The notes under the pieces were generated by a model that was not told the DNA's origin, searched no databases, and saw nothing but the letters and a program-made list of their open reading frames with translations. Position numbers and translations under genes: made by a program. A stretch of 64,000 bases of DNA, taken from the IMG/VR virus record IMGVR_UViG_3300028920_000034, positions 64,001-128,000 of that record; one strand, given 5' to 3'. Shown piece by piece: positions 55,440-63,561 of this stretch. Within the stretch, counting starts at the first letter, position 1, and every line of letters starts with the position of its first letter. This DNA comes from a virus.

Positions 55440-55955
55440 CTACTTCTCGACGGTGAGGCCCTTTTCCGCCAGGTAGGCGAGAATGGCCTTGGTGAACATG
55501 GCACGGATGCGCTGGCTCATGGGTTTTGACCAGTCGCCTTTTTTGGCCCAGCCGGTGCCGTAGGCTTTGATCAGCTTGCGCTTGACTGCGACTGCCGCAG
55601 CGGCGGAGAGCTGGTCCAGCTTGTTGTCACTGAGGATGAGGTTGTCATCCTGGGTGAGGCCCTCCTCGAGCTCGGTGTCCACGTCTTCGCGGGTGGTGGT
55701 GACGCTCATGGGCTTACCGCCCGCGAGCCCGGCGATCCGATTCACGTACATGGACACCTGGGAGACCCGGTTGAACACGTTGAGGGCCTGGCGCCGCTTC
55801 ACGAAGTCGCCCAGCGTGTTCACGTTGCGCGCGAGTCGGTGCATGGCCTGATCCACCTTGCGCCAGGTGCTCGCGTCCATTTCGGCTTCGGTGAGGTTCT
55901 CTTTGGGCTCGAGGCCCGCGTGGCTCCGGATCTCTTCGATCAGATTCTGGCTCAT
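55440..55955 (-). CDS. Two-module cargo-type protein (first gene of the array)
   Basis: MSQNLIEEIRSHAGLEPKENLTE|AE, ELEE|G; AGGAGG RBS. Confidence 0.8.
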   Translation of the reverse strand: MSQNLIEEIRSHAGLEPKENLTEAEMDASTWRKVDQAMHRLARNVNTLGDFVKRRQALNVFNRVSQVSMYVNRIAGLAGGKPMSVTTTREDVDTELEEGLTQDDNLILSDNKLDQLSAAAAVAVKRKLIKAYGTGWAKKGDWSKPMSQRIRAMFTKAILAYLAEKGLTVEK

Positions 55956-56181
55956 GGACTTCCTCCTGGGAGTTGCCCATTACCATACCAGAGGCGATCC
56001 CAACGGGGAAGCCTCCTTGTCCTACATCACGGACACCTGGCCACGGATTCGGATCAACTCGACACCTGGAAGGCCGAGCCGCCGCACCCACACCTGGGTC
56101 CCGATTTACGATTTTTTGCCGCCAGAGAATACCTGAGCCATTCGATCCGCATTTTTCGCGGGTGCCCCTCCCCAAGGCACA

Positions 56182-56367
56182 TCACTCTGTATCAGGACTG
56201 TACGGGTCCTGTATCCAGTCTGTATCGCCGTCCAGCTCCTCCAAGGTCGGGGCCCGCGGACTCCACCCGAACGGCCCCTCCACCGGCTCCACCAGCTCCA
56301 TCTCCTTCCGCACCTCCCGCGCCAGCTTCCACCCAGCCATGCTCACCAGCTCGCCCATGTCGCTCAC
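56182..56367 (-). CDS. Small hypothetical protein
   Basis: 61 aa; AGGAGG near the start. Confidence 0.4.
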   Translation of the reverse strand: MSDMGELVSMAGWKLAREVRKEMELVEPVEGPFGWSPRAPTLEELDGDTDWIQDPYSPDTE

Positions 56368-56399
56368 CTCCTACCTACCTAATGGGCGCTACGGGCCAG

Positions 56400-56900
56400 A
56401 TGTTGCCGTTCCGGTCCGATTTTTTTCGCGGCGAGGCGCGGGGAGCTCGTCCACAGCTCCGGCCACCGGCCGGCGTACCCCACACGCTTCCCCCCACGCT
56501 TGGAACCTCCCCACGGCTCTCCTACACTTACCCCCACGCCTCCCACGGCTCCACCAGGACGCTCGCCCACAACCCCACCCCAGTACCCCGAAACCTACCG
56601 CTCGCTCCGCTCGCACCTCACCTGGACAAGCAACCCCGAAACGCCCCAGACCTTCCACCGCATCACCCACACCTTCCACCGCACTCCCAAGACTTTCCCC
56701 CGCACTTCCCCCGCACCAGCGCATCGCACCAGCGCCCCGCACTCGCGTTCGCCTCGCCCGCACGCACGTGCGTCACACCCTCTGGGGAAAAAAACACCCC
56801 CCCAATGTGAGAGGGTCCCGCACGGGGTCCCGGAACCCGGATTCGAATCCACTTTCTTGACTGGATCCATCCGGAATACCCCCCCTCCACCCCTGGGGTG
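56400..56900. other. Non-coding C-rich (+ strand) low-complexity tract
   Basis: Strong C/A skew, homopolymer runs, no credible ORF. Confidence 0.6.
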
Positions 56901-57138
56901 TCGGATCCACAGTCGGATCCACAGCACCGAGGCGCCGGTGGCCTCGAGGCGCGCCGCCCCCCGGGCCGAGCCCGGCCGGGATCCACTCCGCCCCCGGTGG
57001 CCAGACTGGGATCCACAACGGCGAGGCGCCGCCCCCGGGCCGGGGCCCGCTGCACTCACGTTCGGGGAGCTCGAGGTAGACGCGCCCGGGGCTGGCCCGG
57101 GCCGGGGCAGGGTCGCGCGGGGGACGCGCCCGGGGCGG

Positions 57139-57666
57139 TCAGGAGCGGGTGGCCTCGGGGCCCTGGGCCGTGGCCATCGGTGGGCACCACAGCCGGAGCT
57201 GCTCCTCCTCGAAGGCGCGCCATCGGTCCCTGGCCTCGAGGGCAAGCTCCGCCGCCTGGTCCGCCGTGTAGGGGGACGCCTGGGTGGGTGACCACAGGAG
57301 CCGGCCCACGGTCCGCCACACGTCCAGCTCGAGCCCGATGGCCAGCACGCCGTGAGGCACGTACAGCCGGAGCTGGGGCTCGCCCACCTGGGCCGCCGGC
57401 ACCACCAGCCGATCTCCCACCTGGCGGATAGGTGGCTCGGTTCTGTCACCCTGTCCCCACGCCCGGGCGAACACCTTGCGCGCCTGGTCCGCCATGGCAT
57501 CACCGAGTCGGGCCGCCGGGCCACCGAGGAAGCCCACCAGGTCCCCATCGGTCAGGGGCTCGGGCTCCTCCATCTGGCTCGCCCAGAGCTGGCCCTCCGC
57601 GTCCAGTCCTATCAGGCCCCCTGGCAGCCCCACCTCGGTTCCGTCCTTGAGTCGCATCGAATCCAT
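57139..57666 (-). CDS. Hypothetical protein
   Basis: 175 aa, GGAGG RBS, normal codon pattern. Confidence 0.65.
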   Translation of the reverse strand: MDSMRLKDGTEVGLPGGLIGLDAEGQLWASQMEEPEPLTDGDLVGFLGGPAARLGDAMADQARKVFARAWGQGDRTEPPIRQVGDRLVVPAAQVGEPQLRLYVPHGVLAIGLELDVWRTVGRLLWSPTQASPYTADQAAELALEARDRWRAFEEEQLRLWCPPMATAQGPEATRS

Positions 57667-57820
57667 CAGCTCAACCTCCCTGGCGTCTGGCGCCCACTGT
57701 AGGTGCCCCGCCCGGGCTCCCTTCCCCCGGCCCGCCGCCGCCCCGCTTCGGGCTCCAGGGTAGGGTGTAGGCTACACCATGGCGATCCCCAGGGCAAGCC
57801 CCGACGCACCCGGCGAGCAT

Positions 57821-58026
57821 CGCTCCCAGGCCCGTGATTTTCGTTCTTTCGTCAATGATTCCGTGACCAGCTACCCCCGGTTCCGACCCCTCGAGGCCCC
57901 GGTGGCCCCCAGTGGCCCCCCTCGAGGCGCCCCGCTGCACCGAAAAACGCAATGATTCTGTCAGGCGCTCCCTGCCCCTGGCGCTCCCAGGCCCGTGATT
58001 TTCGTTCTTTCCTTAATGATTCCGTG
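57821..58026 (+). repeat. 45-bp direct repeat pair (57821-57865, 57982-58026)
   Basis: CGCTCCCAGGCCCGTGATTTTCGTTCTTTC(GTC/CTT)AATGATTCCGTG, 2 mismatches; a third AATGATTC lies between. Confidence 0.85.
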
Positions 58027-58031
58027 GAAGG

Positions 58032-58862
58032 CTACTCGGGCTCGTCATCACTGAACGCCACCAGCTCCCCGGCCAGGCTGGCCGCCGCTGCATCCTGGCT
58101 CCGCTGGCTGGTGAGGAACCGGTGGAGCACCCCGAGCACCTTGGTGCGCCGCCTGGGGTCCAGGAGGGCCTCCTGAACGTCCTGGCGCCCGGCGAAGCGC
58201 CCCTTGACTACCCCGGCCAGGCGCTCCTCGAGGGTGGCCCGCTGCTCCTCGGGGCCGCCCCCGAGTCCACCGAGGCGCTCGCGTAGGCCCCCGTGGACAC
58301 GTAGGGTCTGGCGCATCTCGCCCATGAGCTCCCGCACGTCCCGGAACGTCTTGGGCCTCACCCCTGGGTTGGTAGTCCCCACCTGGGTGGGCTCGGTGTC
58401 CCCGTCCAGGCCCCCCTCGCCCGGGCTGGGCAGCGCCACCTGGGGCGCGCCCCCGAGTTCCTCCGCGCCCACGGTGCCCGGGCTGGGCGCCACGCCGGTG
58501 GCCTCGCATAGCAGAGCCTTTTCAACGCGGTATAGCTCCCCGAGCTCCACCAGCTCCCCCAGGGCCGTCTCGAGGGCCGTGGCCGCGCGCACCTGCATGG
58601 CGCTCATCTGGGTGGGGTTCATCACCTCCGCGGGGGCGAGGGCCGCCTTGGCGTAGCGTGAGATCTCCTGGCGTAGCAGGTCGTGAGCCACGTCCCCAAG
58701 GAAGCCGTTGGCGTGGATCCGCCTCGCCACCTCCGCCGCCGGGTAACCCTCGCGGATCCACTCCACAATGTCCGGGAGGATCGGTAGCTGGCGGATCCGC
58801 TGTCCCGGCTCGGGGCCGCGCCGCCTCGGGGCCTCGTCCGCTCTGTCGCTGATGGTCACCAT
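58032..58862 (-). CDS. Candidate terminase small subunit / HTH DNA-binding protein
   Basis: N-terminal HTH-like IVEWIREGYPAAEVARRI, then helical hairpin; isolated between non-coding tracts upstream of the late genes. TerS call is inference. Confidence 0.5.
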   Translation of the reverse strand: MVTISDRADEAPRRRGPEPGQRIRQLPILPDIVEWIREGYPAAEVARRIHANGFLGDVAHDLLRQEISRYAKAALAPAEVMNPTQMSAMQVRAATALETALGELVELGELYRVEKALLCEATGVAPSPGTVGAEELGGAPQVALPSPGEGGLDGDTEPTQVGTTNPGVRPKTFRDVRELMGEMRQTLRVHGGLRERLGGLGGGPEEQRATLEERLAGVVKGRFAGRQDVQEALLDPRRRTKVLGVLHRFLTSQRSQDAAAASLAGELVAFSDDEPE

Positions 58863-58939
58863 GGGGGCCTCCTACTGGATCTGATTCGAATCTGCCCGCA
58901 CGCACGTGCGCCTCTGGATCCAGATCTGGGATTCGAATC

Positions 58940-59260
58940 CGGGCCCCGCGCGGGAGAGCGTGCGTAAAAAAAAGGGGGTGTAGGACGTGAAAACGGGGGT
59001 TTACGGGGATCTCGTACCCTGTAAACACGCTCGGGGTCATCTGGAAACGATAGCAGTTGCGGCAGGTTGTTAGGCGTTAGGCGTAGCTGTAGGCAAGGGG
59101 AGAGCGTAGGCGTAGCTGTAGACATGGACAGCATGGACGGCGTAGCTGGGCAGCTCGAGGTGAAGCTGTAGCTGGTGAGCTTGGTGCCTACGGTGCTCTG
59201 CATAGTGACTCTAGGATAGCTTCTATTGTGGGTTGGATCTAGTCCCCCGCCGAATCGCCC
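58940..59260. other. Non-coding G-rich tract with short GCGTAGCTG/TAGGCG repeats
   Basis: For example TAGGCGTTAGGCGTAGCTGTAGGC and TAGGCGTAGCTGTAGAC; stop-rich. Confidence 0.55.
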
Positions 59261-59327
59261 CGCACCGCCATGGTTACTCTGGACGTTTCCTTCGTGTCCC
59301 GGCCAACGGGTAGTAGTGGGGTGTATA

Positions 59328-59483
59328 TCAGTTGCCACAGCGGGATAGTAGGGCCAGCGAGCCCACGATGTAGGCCAGCCAGAGCACCGTGGCCACCGTA
59401 TCCCATGGGGTCCACCCGACCCACCTGGTGGCCGTGGTCTCGGTTCCGTCCCCGTTGCTCCTGGTGCTGGTGCGGTAGCTCAT
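59328..59483 (-). CDS. Small TM peptide (51 aa)
   Basis: Hand translation MSYRTSTR...WDTVATVLWLAYIVGSLALLSRCGN; ATGA overlap. Confidence 0.5.
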   Translation of the reverse strand: MSYRTSTRSNGDGTETTATRWVGWTPWDTVATVLWLAYIVGSLALLSRCGN

Positions 59484-59677
59484 GGAGTCTCTTCCCGGGC
59501 CGCCTCGAGGCCCTTGTAGAGGAGCACTCCGAACGCCTGGGAACGGCTGGTCTGGACGCCTGGGGGGAGCTCCCGCTGTAGGGTCACCTGGTAGCGGTCC
59601 ACCAGCTCGAGGAGCTTTGGGTCCAGCGTCACGGCCACCCGGACCTTCCGGTGGCGCGTCCTCTTGGGCTTGCTCAT
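59480..59677 (-). CDS. RHH-like DNA-binding protein
   Basis: KVRVAVTLDPKLLELVDRY...SRSQAFGVLLYKGL. Confidence 0.65.
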   Translation of the reverse strand: MSKPKRTRHRKVRVAVTLDPKLLELVDRYQVTLQRELPPGVQTSRSQAFGVLLYKGLEAAREETP

Positions 59678-59877
59678 CCGAGCCCCCGCGCCCGGGCGCA
59701 CTCCGGACAGTAGTACCACTCCATGGTGCCCACCGACGTGGTGCCCACCGCGTGCTTCACCCAGCCCGAAGAGGCGATCTCCGGGTGGGGCTTGATAGTC
59801 GCCCCGCAGTCGTCGCACTCGAGCTCGAGGAGCACCCGCTCCCCCGTGTCCTCCCTGGTGGCGTAGATTCGTCCCAT
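59674..59877 (-). CDS. Small Zn-finger protein
   Basis: CDDC...CPEC. Confidence 0.65.
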   Translation of the reverse strand: MGRIYATREDTGERVLLELECDDCGATIKPHPEIASSGWVKHAVGTTSVGTMEWYYCPECARARGLG

Positions 59878-59880
59878 GGG

Positions 59881-60153
59881 TCACCCGCTGGCCAGGCATC
59901 GCTGCCATGCCGCTGCCTTCCTGGTGATGGTGTCCAGGGCCAGGTCCAGGGCCTCCTGCTTCGCTTCATCCGCGCCCCGCGCCTTGAGCTCATGGCGCTC
60001 CAGGCCAAGCTCATAGCACGTCACAAACCAGCCTCCCAGGCCATGGTAGCGGTGAACGGTCAGGCGCCCTGGCGCCCCCTTGAGCTCCCAGACGCTGGGC
60101 TCCACCTCGCCCTGTTGCCCCCGGCTGTACGATGATTCGTCTACCCATTCCAT
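59881..60153 (-). CDS. Small hypothetical protein
   Basis: 90 aa, AGGAG RBS, tightly packed. Confidence 0.6.
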   Translation of the reverse strand: MEWVDESSYSRGQQGEVEPSVWELKGAPGRLTVHRYHGLGGWFVTCYELGLERHELKARGADEAKQEALDLALDTITRKAAAWQRCLASG

Positions 60154-60156
60154 AGG

Positions 60157-60360
60157 TCATCTCCTGTAGTCTTCCACCACCGGGGTCCCCCGGCACAGTG
60201 GGGTTGGCCTTGGCCCCCGCCCGGTGGGCTCTGGTACGTCATGCCAGACGGCTGTGCAGACCGGATAGTCCACCCACCAGAGCTCCCACACCCCGCCGTA
60301 CCAGCGCCTGTACCACTGGAAGTCGCCCAGGATGGCTCGGCAGAATGTACTCCTGAACAT
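60157..60360 (-). CDS. Small Trp-rich hypothetical protein
   Basis: WYRRWYGGVWELWW. Confidence 0.55.
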   Translation of the reverse strand: MFRSTFCRAILGDFQWYRRWYGGVWELWWVDYPVCTAVWHDVPEPTGRGPRPTPLCRGTPVVEDYRR

Positions 60361-60365
60361 GGGTT

Positions 60366-60713
60366 CTAGTCCCCCGCCCCGCGCCGACCCGGGCACAGGT
60401 TCACATCATGGGCGCAATCGTCCACCGGGTCGTCATAGCAGACCTGGTAGCCCACCGGGAGCCCGCACAGGTCCACGTCGTGCGCGCAGTCCCCTGGCTC
60501 CACCTGGTAGCAGATGCGCTCCGTGGCGCCCCCCTTCGGCCCCGCGGCCACCGGCTCACACCGGCAAGGTGGGCACTCCACTCGCTCCCCGGCCCGGGCC
60601 TCTGGCCAGGGAGGCACCGTGTGGGCCACCAGCGCCGGCAATCGCCAGGCCGCCATCAGGGCCACCAGGAGCACCACTACGGGCACCGGCCACGTCCAGG
60701 ATGGCCACTTCAT
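60366..60713 (-). CDS. Membrane-anchored Cys-rich protein with internal repeat
   Basis: N-terminal TM; CYQVEPGDCAHDVDLC and CYDDPVDDCAHDVNLC. Confidence 0.6.
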   Translation of the reverse strand: MKWPSWTWPVPVVVLLVALMAAWRLPALVAHTVPPWPEARAGERVECPPCRCEPVAAGPKGGATERICYQVEPGDCAHDVDLCGLPVGYQVCYDDPVDDCAHDVNLCPGRRGAGD

Positions 60714-61141
60714 GGCTCTCTTGTCTCCCCGGCCCCGCGCCCATCGTAGAACCACGCATGATGATGGCCGGTGGTACACACGAAGAAACCGCGCCCGTCT
60801 GGCATCCAGCCCTCTGGCTCTGGCGAGAAGAGGGGGTGCCACTCCTTGGCAGGGGCCCCGCACTCGGGGCAGTTCTGCCGCGGGGGCACCACCACCTGGC
60901 TCCGCCCCTCCGGGGACATGGCGCAAGCCAGCCCACGCATGACTTCGCCCTCTTCCAGGATGTCTTCGGGGCAGGTGTAGAAGCCCTTGATCGGCACCTT
61001 GCCAGCCGCCTCATGCTTCGCGTAGGCCGCTCTGCACAGGAGCTCCGCGTAGTCCATGGACAGGACTTCCTCTCTCCGTGCCCGCGCCCCTGGCTCCAGG
61101 TCCACCTCGTCGGTACACCACCACTTCTGCATATCACTCAT
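60710..61141 (-). CDS. Zn-finger-containing hypothetical protein
   Basis: CPECG...CTTGH; bounded by 32-bp direct repeats. Confidence 0.65.
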   Translation of the reverse strand: MSDMQKWWCTDEVDLEPGARARREEVLSMDYAELLCRAAYAKHEAAGKVPIKGFYTCPEDILEEGEVMRGLACAMSPEGRSQVVVPPRQNCPECGAPAKEWHPLFSPEPEGWMPDGRGFFVCTTGHHHAWFYDGRGAGETREP

Positions 61142-61169
61142 GGCTCTCTTGTCTCCCCGGCCCCGCGCC
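60710..61169 (+). repeat. 32-bp exact direct repeat at gene junctions (60710-60741, 61138-61169)
   Basis: TCATGGCTCTCTTGTCTCCCCGGCCCCGCGCC; both upstream genes end RGAGETREP*. Confidence 0.9.
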
Positions 61170-61431
61170 GCTCGGCCACCAGGTGGTCCAGCCAGGCCAT
61201 GCCCACCCGGACCATCTCGAGCTCCCACCGATGGTACAGCTCCGCCTGGGCCGCCCGCGGTAGGTCTGCCCGGAACCGGATCACCATGTGTTCCTCTGGC
61301 TTGTCCGAGCACTCCAGGACGGTCTCATAGGTGGTCAAGTCCGTGCGCCACACCGCCGGCTTGAAGCAATGCGGACAGCACATCACTGGGGCTGGTGGCT
61401 CCCATGGGGGCCTGGTGTCAGTGGGTGTCAT
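61138..61431 (-). CDS. Small Cys-containing protein
   Basis: CCPHC...C....H; ATGA overlaps. Confidence 0.6.
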   Translation of the reverse strand: MTPTDTRPPWEPPAPVMCCPHCFKPAVWRTDLTTYETVLECSDKPEEHMVIRFRADLPRAAQAELYHRWELEMVRVGMAWLDHLVAERRGAGETREP

Positions 61432-61637
61432 GGGTCCTCGCTCCGGTCCAGTACAATGGTCCCCTTCGTGCCATCGAAGATGATCCCACACGGTTCACAC
61501 GCGCAAAACCAGACGGCGTGCTCCACCACGTTGTAGATCGTCCTGCACCGCGGGCACCTGACCTTGACGTACTCCGGCTCACTGGCTCGGCCCGGCCGGC
61601 TCCCGGTGCATAGTCGGCTCGCTTTTCTCCGCCTCAT
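61428..61637 (-). CDS. Small Zn-ribbon protein
   Basis: CPRC...CEPCG. Confidence 0.62.
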   Translation of the reverse strand: MRRRKASRLCTGSRPGRASEPEYVKVRCPRCRTIYNVVEHAVWFCACEPCGIIFDGTKGTIVLDRSEDP

Positions 61638-61837
61638 GGGGTCCTGTCCCTCGCCCTCCGCGGCCGGTACGCCTCGGGGTGGGCCGCCCGGACGCGCCTG
61701 CATAGCTCCTGCCACGCCTCGTGTCTGCCGAGCCCAGGCTCGAAAGTGGCAATCTCATCCAGTAGCTCGGGGATGCTCATGTGGGCCACGCAGGGTAGGT
61801 CTGGCTCACACCGCTGGCACTCGCGTGGCTTGCTCAT
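61634..61837 (-). CDS. Small Cys/His protein
   Basis: CQRC....C..H; ATGA overlaps. Confidence 0.58.
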   Translation of the reverse strand: MSKPRECQRCEPDLPCVAHMSIPELLDEIATFEPGLGRHEAWQELCRRVRAAHPEAYRPRRARDRTP

Positions 61838-62133
61838 GGGGTGCCTTCCTTCACCATGGCCTCCCCGGCCAGATCGATATGTGAGCTCCACCCGACGTGC
61901 TGGCAATCCTGGCACACGTACTCCCGCTGTAGGTCGCTGCTTCTGGCTCCCCGCGCGTGATGCTTCTTGGGTGGGTTGGGCCTGGTCTTCCCGGTGAGGA
62001 GCACCCGGCTCGCCCAGCCCTTGTCCCGCTGGTGCCACCACCACCCAGAGTATTCTGTCAAACGCCCCTGGCGCCGCCGGCACTTCCAGCACCGGAAGCT
62101 CAAGGGGCTCCCTGGTCCGCTGCTACGCCCCAT
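61834..62133 (-). CDS. Small Zn-binding protein
   Basis: CWKC...CQDCQHVGWSSH. Confidence 0.65.
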   Translation of the reverse strand: MGRSSGPGSPLSFRCWKCRRRQGRLTEYSGWWWHQRDKGWASRVLLTGKTRPNPPKKHHARGARSSDLQREYVCQDCQHVGWSSHIDLAGEAMVKEGTP

Positions 62134-62136
62134 CGG

Positions 62137-62385
62137 TCAAAGGTCCTTGTGCTGATAGCATGGCTTCCCAGGGAAGCATCCAGGGCACCCCTCCTGAGCC
62201 TTCCTGGCAAGCCAGTTGTTGTGAGCCCTGATGGCCTGGCAGATGTCACAGGCGCAATGCTTGTTGGGTAGGCCGCCCTTCATCTTGGCCTCCTTGATCG
62301 CGATCAGGAGCTCGCGTTCTTCCTCGAGCTCGGCCACCATCTCTTCGGCCAGGTTGGCCTCGTCCTCGTACTTGTAGAACCCCAT
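62137..62385 (-). CDS. Small Cys-rich protein
   Basis: HCACDIC, CPGC....C..H. Confidence 0.62.
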   Translation of the reverse strand: MGFYKYEDEANLAEEMVAELEEERELLIAIKEAKMKGGLPNKHCACDICQAIRAHNNWLARKAQEGCPGCFPGKPCYQHKDL

Positions 62386-62388
62386 CGG

Positions 62389-62790
62389 TCATCCCTTCAT
62401 GTTCGGGTCTCGTCTCAGGCACTTGAGGCACTGATTCGTCATTGGATCTACCGACTTGACCGCATGACACCGGATGCAGTCCTCCCAGGCTTCTGGCTCC
62501 CCATGCTCGTAGAAGAACACGCCGTCCGCCGGGGCCGTCATCGGTTGGATGGTGAAGCACTCCCGGATGATCTTGCTGGTGGGGGACTCCCAGGTGGGGT
62601 CCGCCACGCTGTGGAGTGTCCCTTCGGCCCCACAGCTCGGACACTGCTGTCCGCCAGGCTCCCACCTGGCCACGGGTGGGTCTCCCTCCACCACGGCCGG
62701 ATTGGCCAGGAAGCACGCCCGGCACATGCCGTTCAAGGGCTTCCCTCGCATGGACTCGAGGAGCTCCTGGACTCGGTTGTCACGCTCCAT
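62389..62790 (-). CDS. Zn-finger protein carrying an MCP-like QPM motif
   Basis: Four CxxC motifs flanking FTIQPMTAPADGVFFYE. Confidence 0.7.
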   Translation of the reverse strand: MERDNRVQELLESMRGKPLNGMCRACFLANPAVVEGDPPVARWEPGGQQCPSCGAEGTLHSVADPTWESPTSKIIRECFTIQPMTAPADGVFFYEHGEPEAWEDCIRCHAVKSVDPMTNQCLKCLRRDPNMKG

Positions 62791-63223
62791 GCTTCGCCTC
62801 CTCGCTGCGCTCCACGGCCGCCCTGTAAAGCCGCTCGGCCTCCTGGAGCCGCTCCCAGGCTTCCCGCCTGGTCTCGCTCTGATGGCCGCCTGGGAGCTTC
62901 GTGTTGTCCACCAGCTTCACCCGGGCAAGCCGGGGCCGCATGTCCCCACCGCAGACCAGGCACTGGGGCCCATCCCCGCGCCGGTCGTTCAAGGGGTCCA
63001 CGGTGGACTCGCAGGAGCACCTGGGTGGCTCCCAGGCTTCGTGGCGGCACCTGATGGAGCAACAGAGCTTGCCGCTCACCACCTCCCAGCGCCGGCCGTT
63101 CATCTTGAGGCTCATAGCTTCCCTGGCCGCCGCGTAGGCCCGGCTCGGGTGCCCAGGGGTCACCACCTGGCTCCATCCCACGTCTCCGCACACGTCGCAA
63201 ACCACTACCATCTTGATCGCCAT
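62780..63223 (-). CDS. Multi-Cys hypothetical protein
   Basis: CDVC, CCSIRC, CSC, CLVC; TAATG overlap. Confidence 0.65.
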   Translation of the reverse strand: MAIKMVVVCDVCGDVGWSQVVTPGHPSRAYAAAREAMSLKMNGRRWEVVSGKLCCSIRCRHEAWEPPRCSCESTVDPLNDRRGDGPQCLVCGGDMRPRLARVKLVDNTKLPGGHQSETRREAWERLQEAERLYRAAVERSEEAKHGA

Positions 63224-63561
63224 TAAACCGGCTCCCTTCCGGCTTCGCCCGCCATCGGGTCTGGCCACTTCTGGCTGCTCACGTGTCCGCAGTCATCGCA
63301 CCTGGTGATCACCGTGCCACCCAGGTAGGCGTTCCCCTTGCGCTTGGGCATCGCCACCCCGGTGGTGGTGTTCTTGCTCCCGCACGCATCGCAGGAGACC
63401 GGCTCGCTGGCGCTGTAGGTGGGCTCCTGGGGTGGCTCCTGTTCGAACATCCGATTGCGCTCGTAGCACTCCCGGCAGACGGACAGGAGCCGCCCGGTGG
63501 TCTCGCCCTTCATCACGGGGTTGTCGCAGTCCGTGAACGCGCACTTCGGTCGGTTGCTCAT
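63223..63561 (-). CDS. Double Zn-finger protein
   Basis: C-x4-C, CREC, CDAC, CDDC. Confidence 0.65.
   Translation of the reverse strand: MSNRPKCAFTDCDNPVMKGETTGRLLSVCRECYERNRMFEQEPPQEPTYSASEPVSCDACGSKNTTTGVAMPKRKGNAYLGGTVITRCDDCGHVSSQKWPDPMAGEAGREPV

Noticed and set aside
55973-57548. ORFs 55839-56810, 55973-56860, 56500-57291 and 56595-57548
   Set aside because: Low-complexity P/R/G/T translations arising from the skewed non-coding tract; no RBS or codon pattern support.
56836-58943. GGATTCGAATCC resembling a tRNA T-loop (GGTTCGAATCC) or att site
   Set aside because: No cloverleaf, D-arm or acceptor stem is evident around any copy; better explained as a palindromic DNA site.
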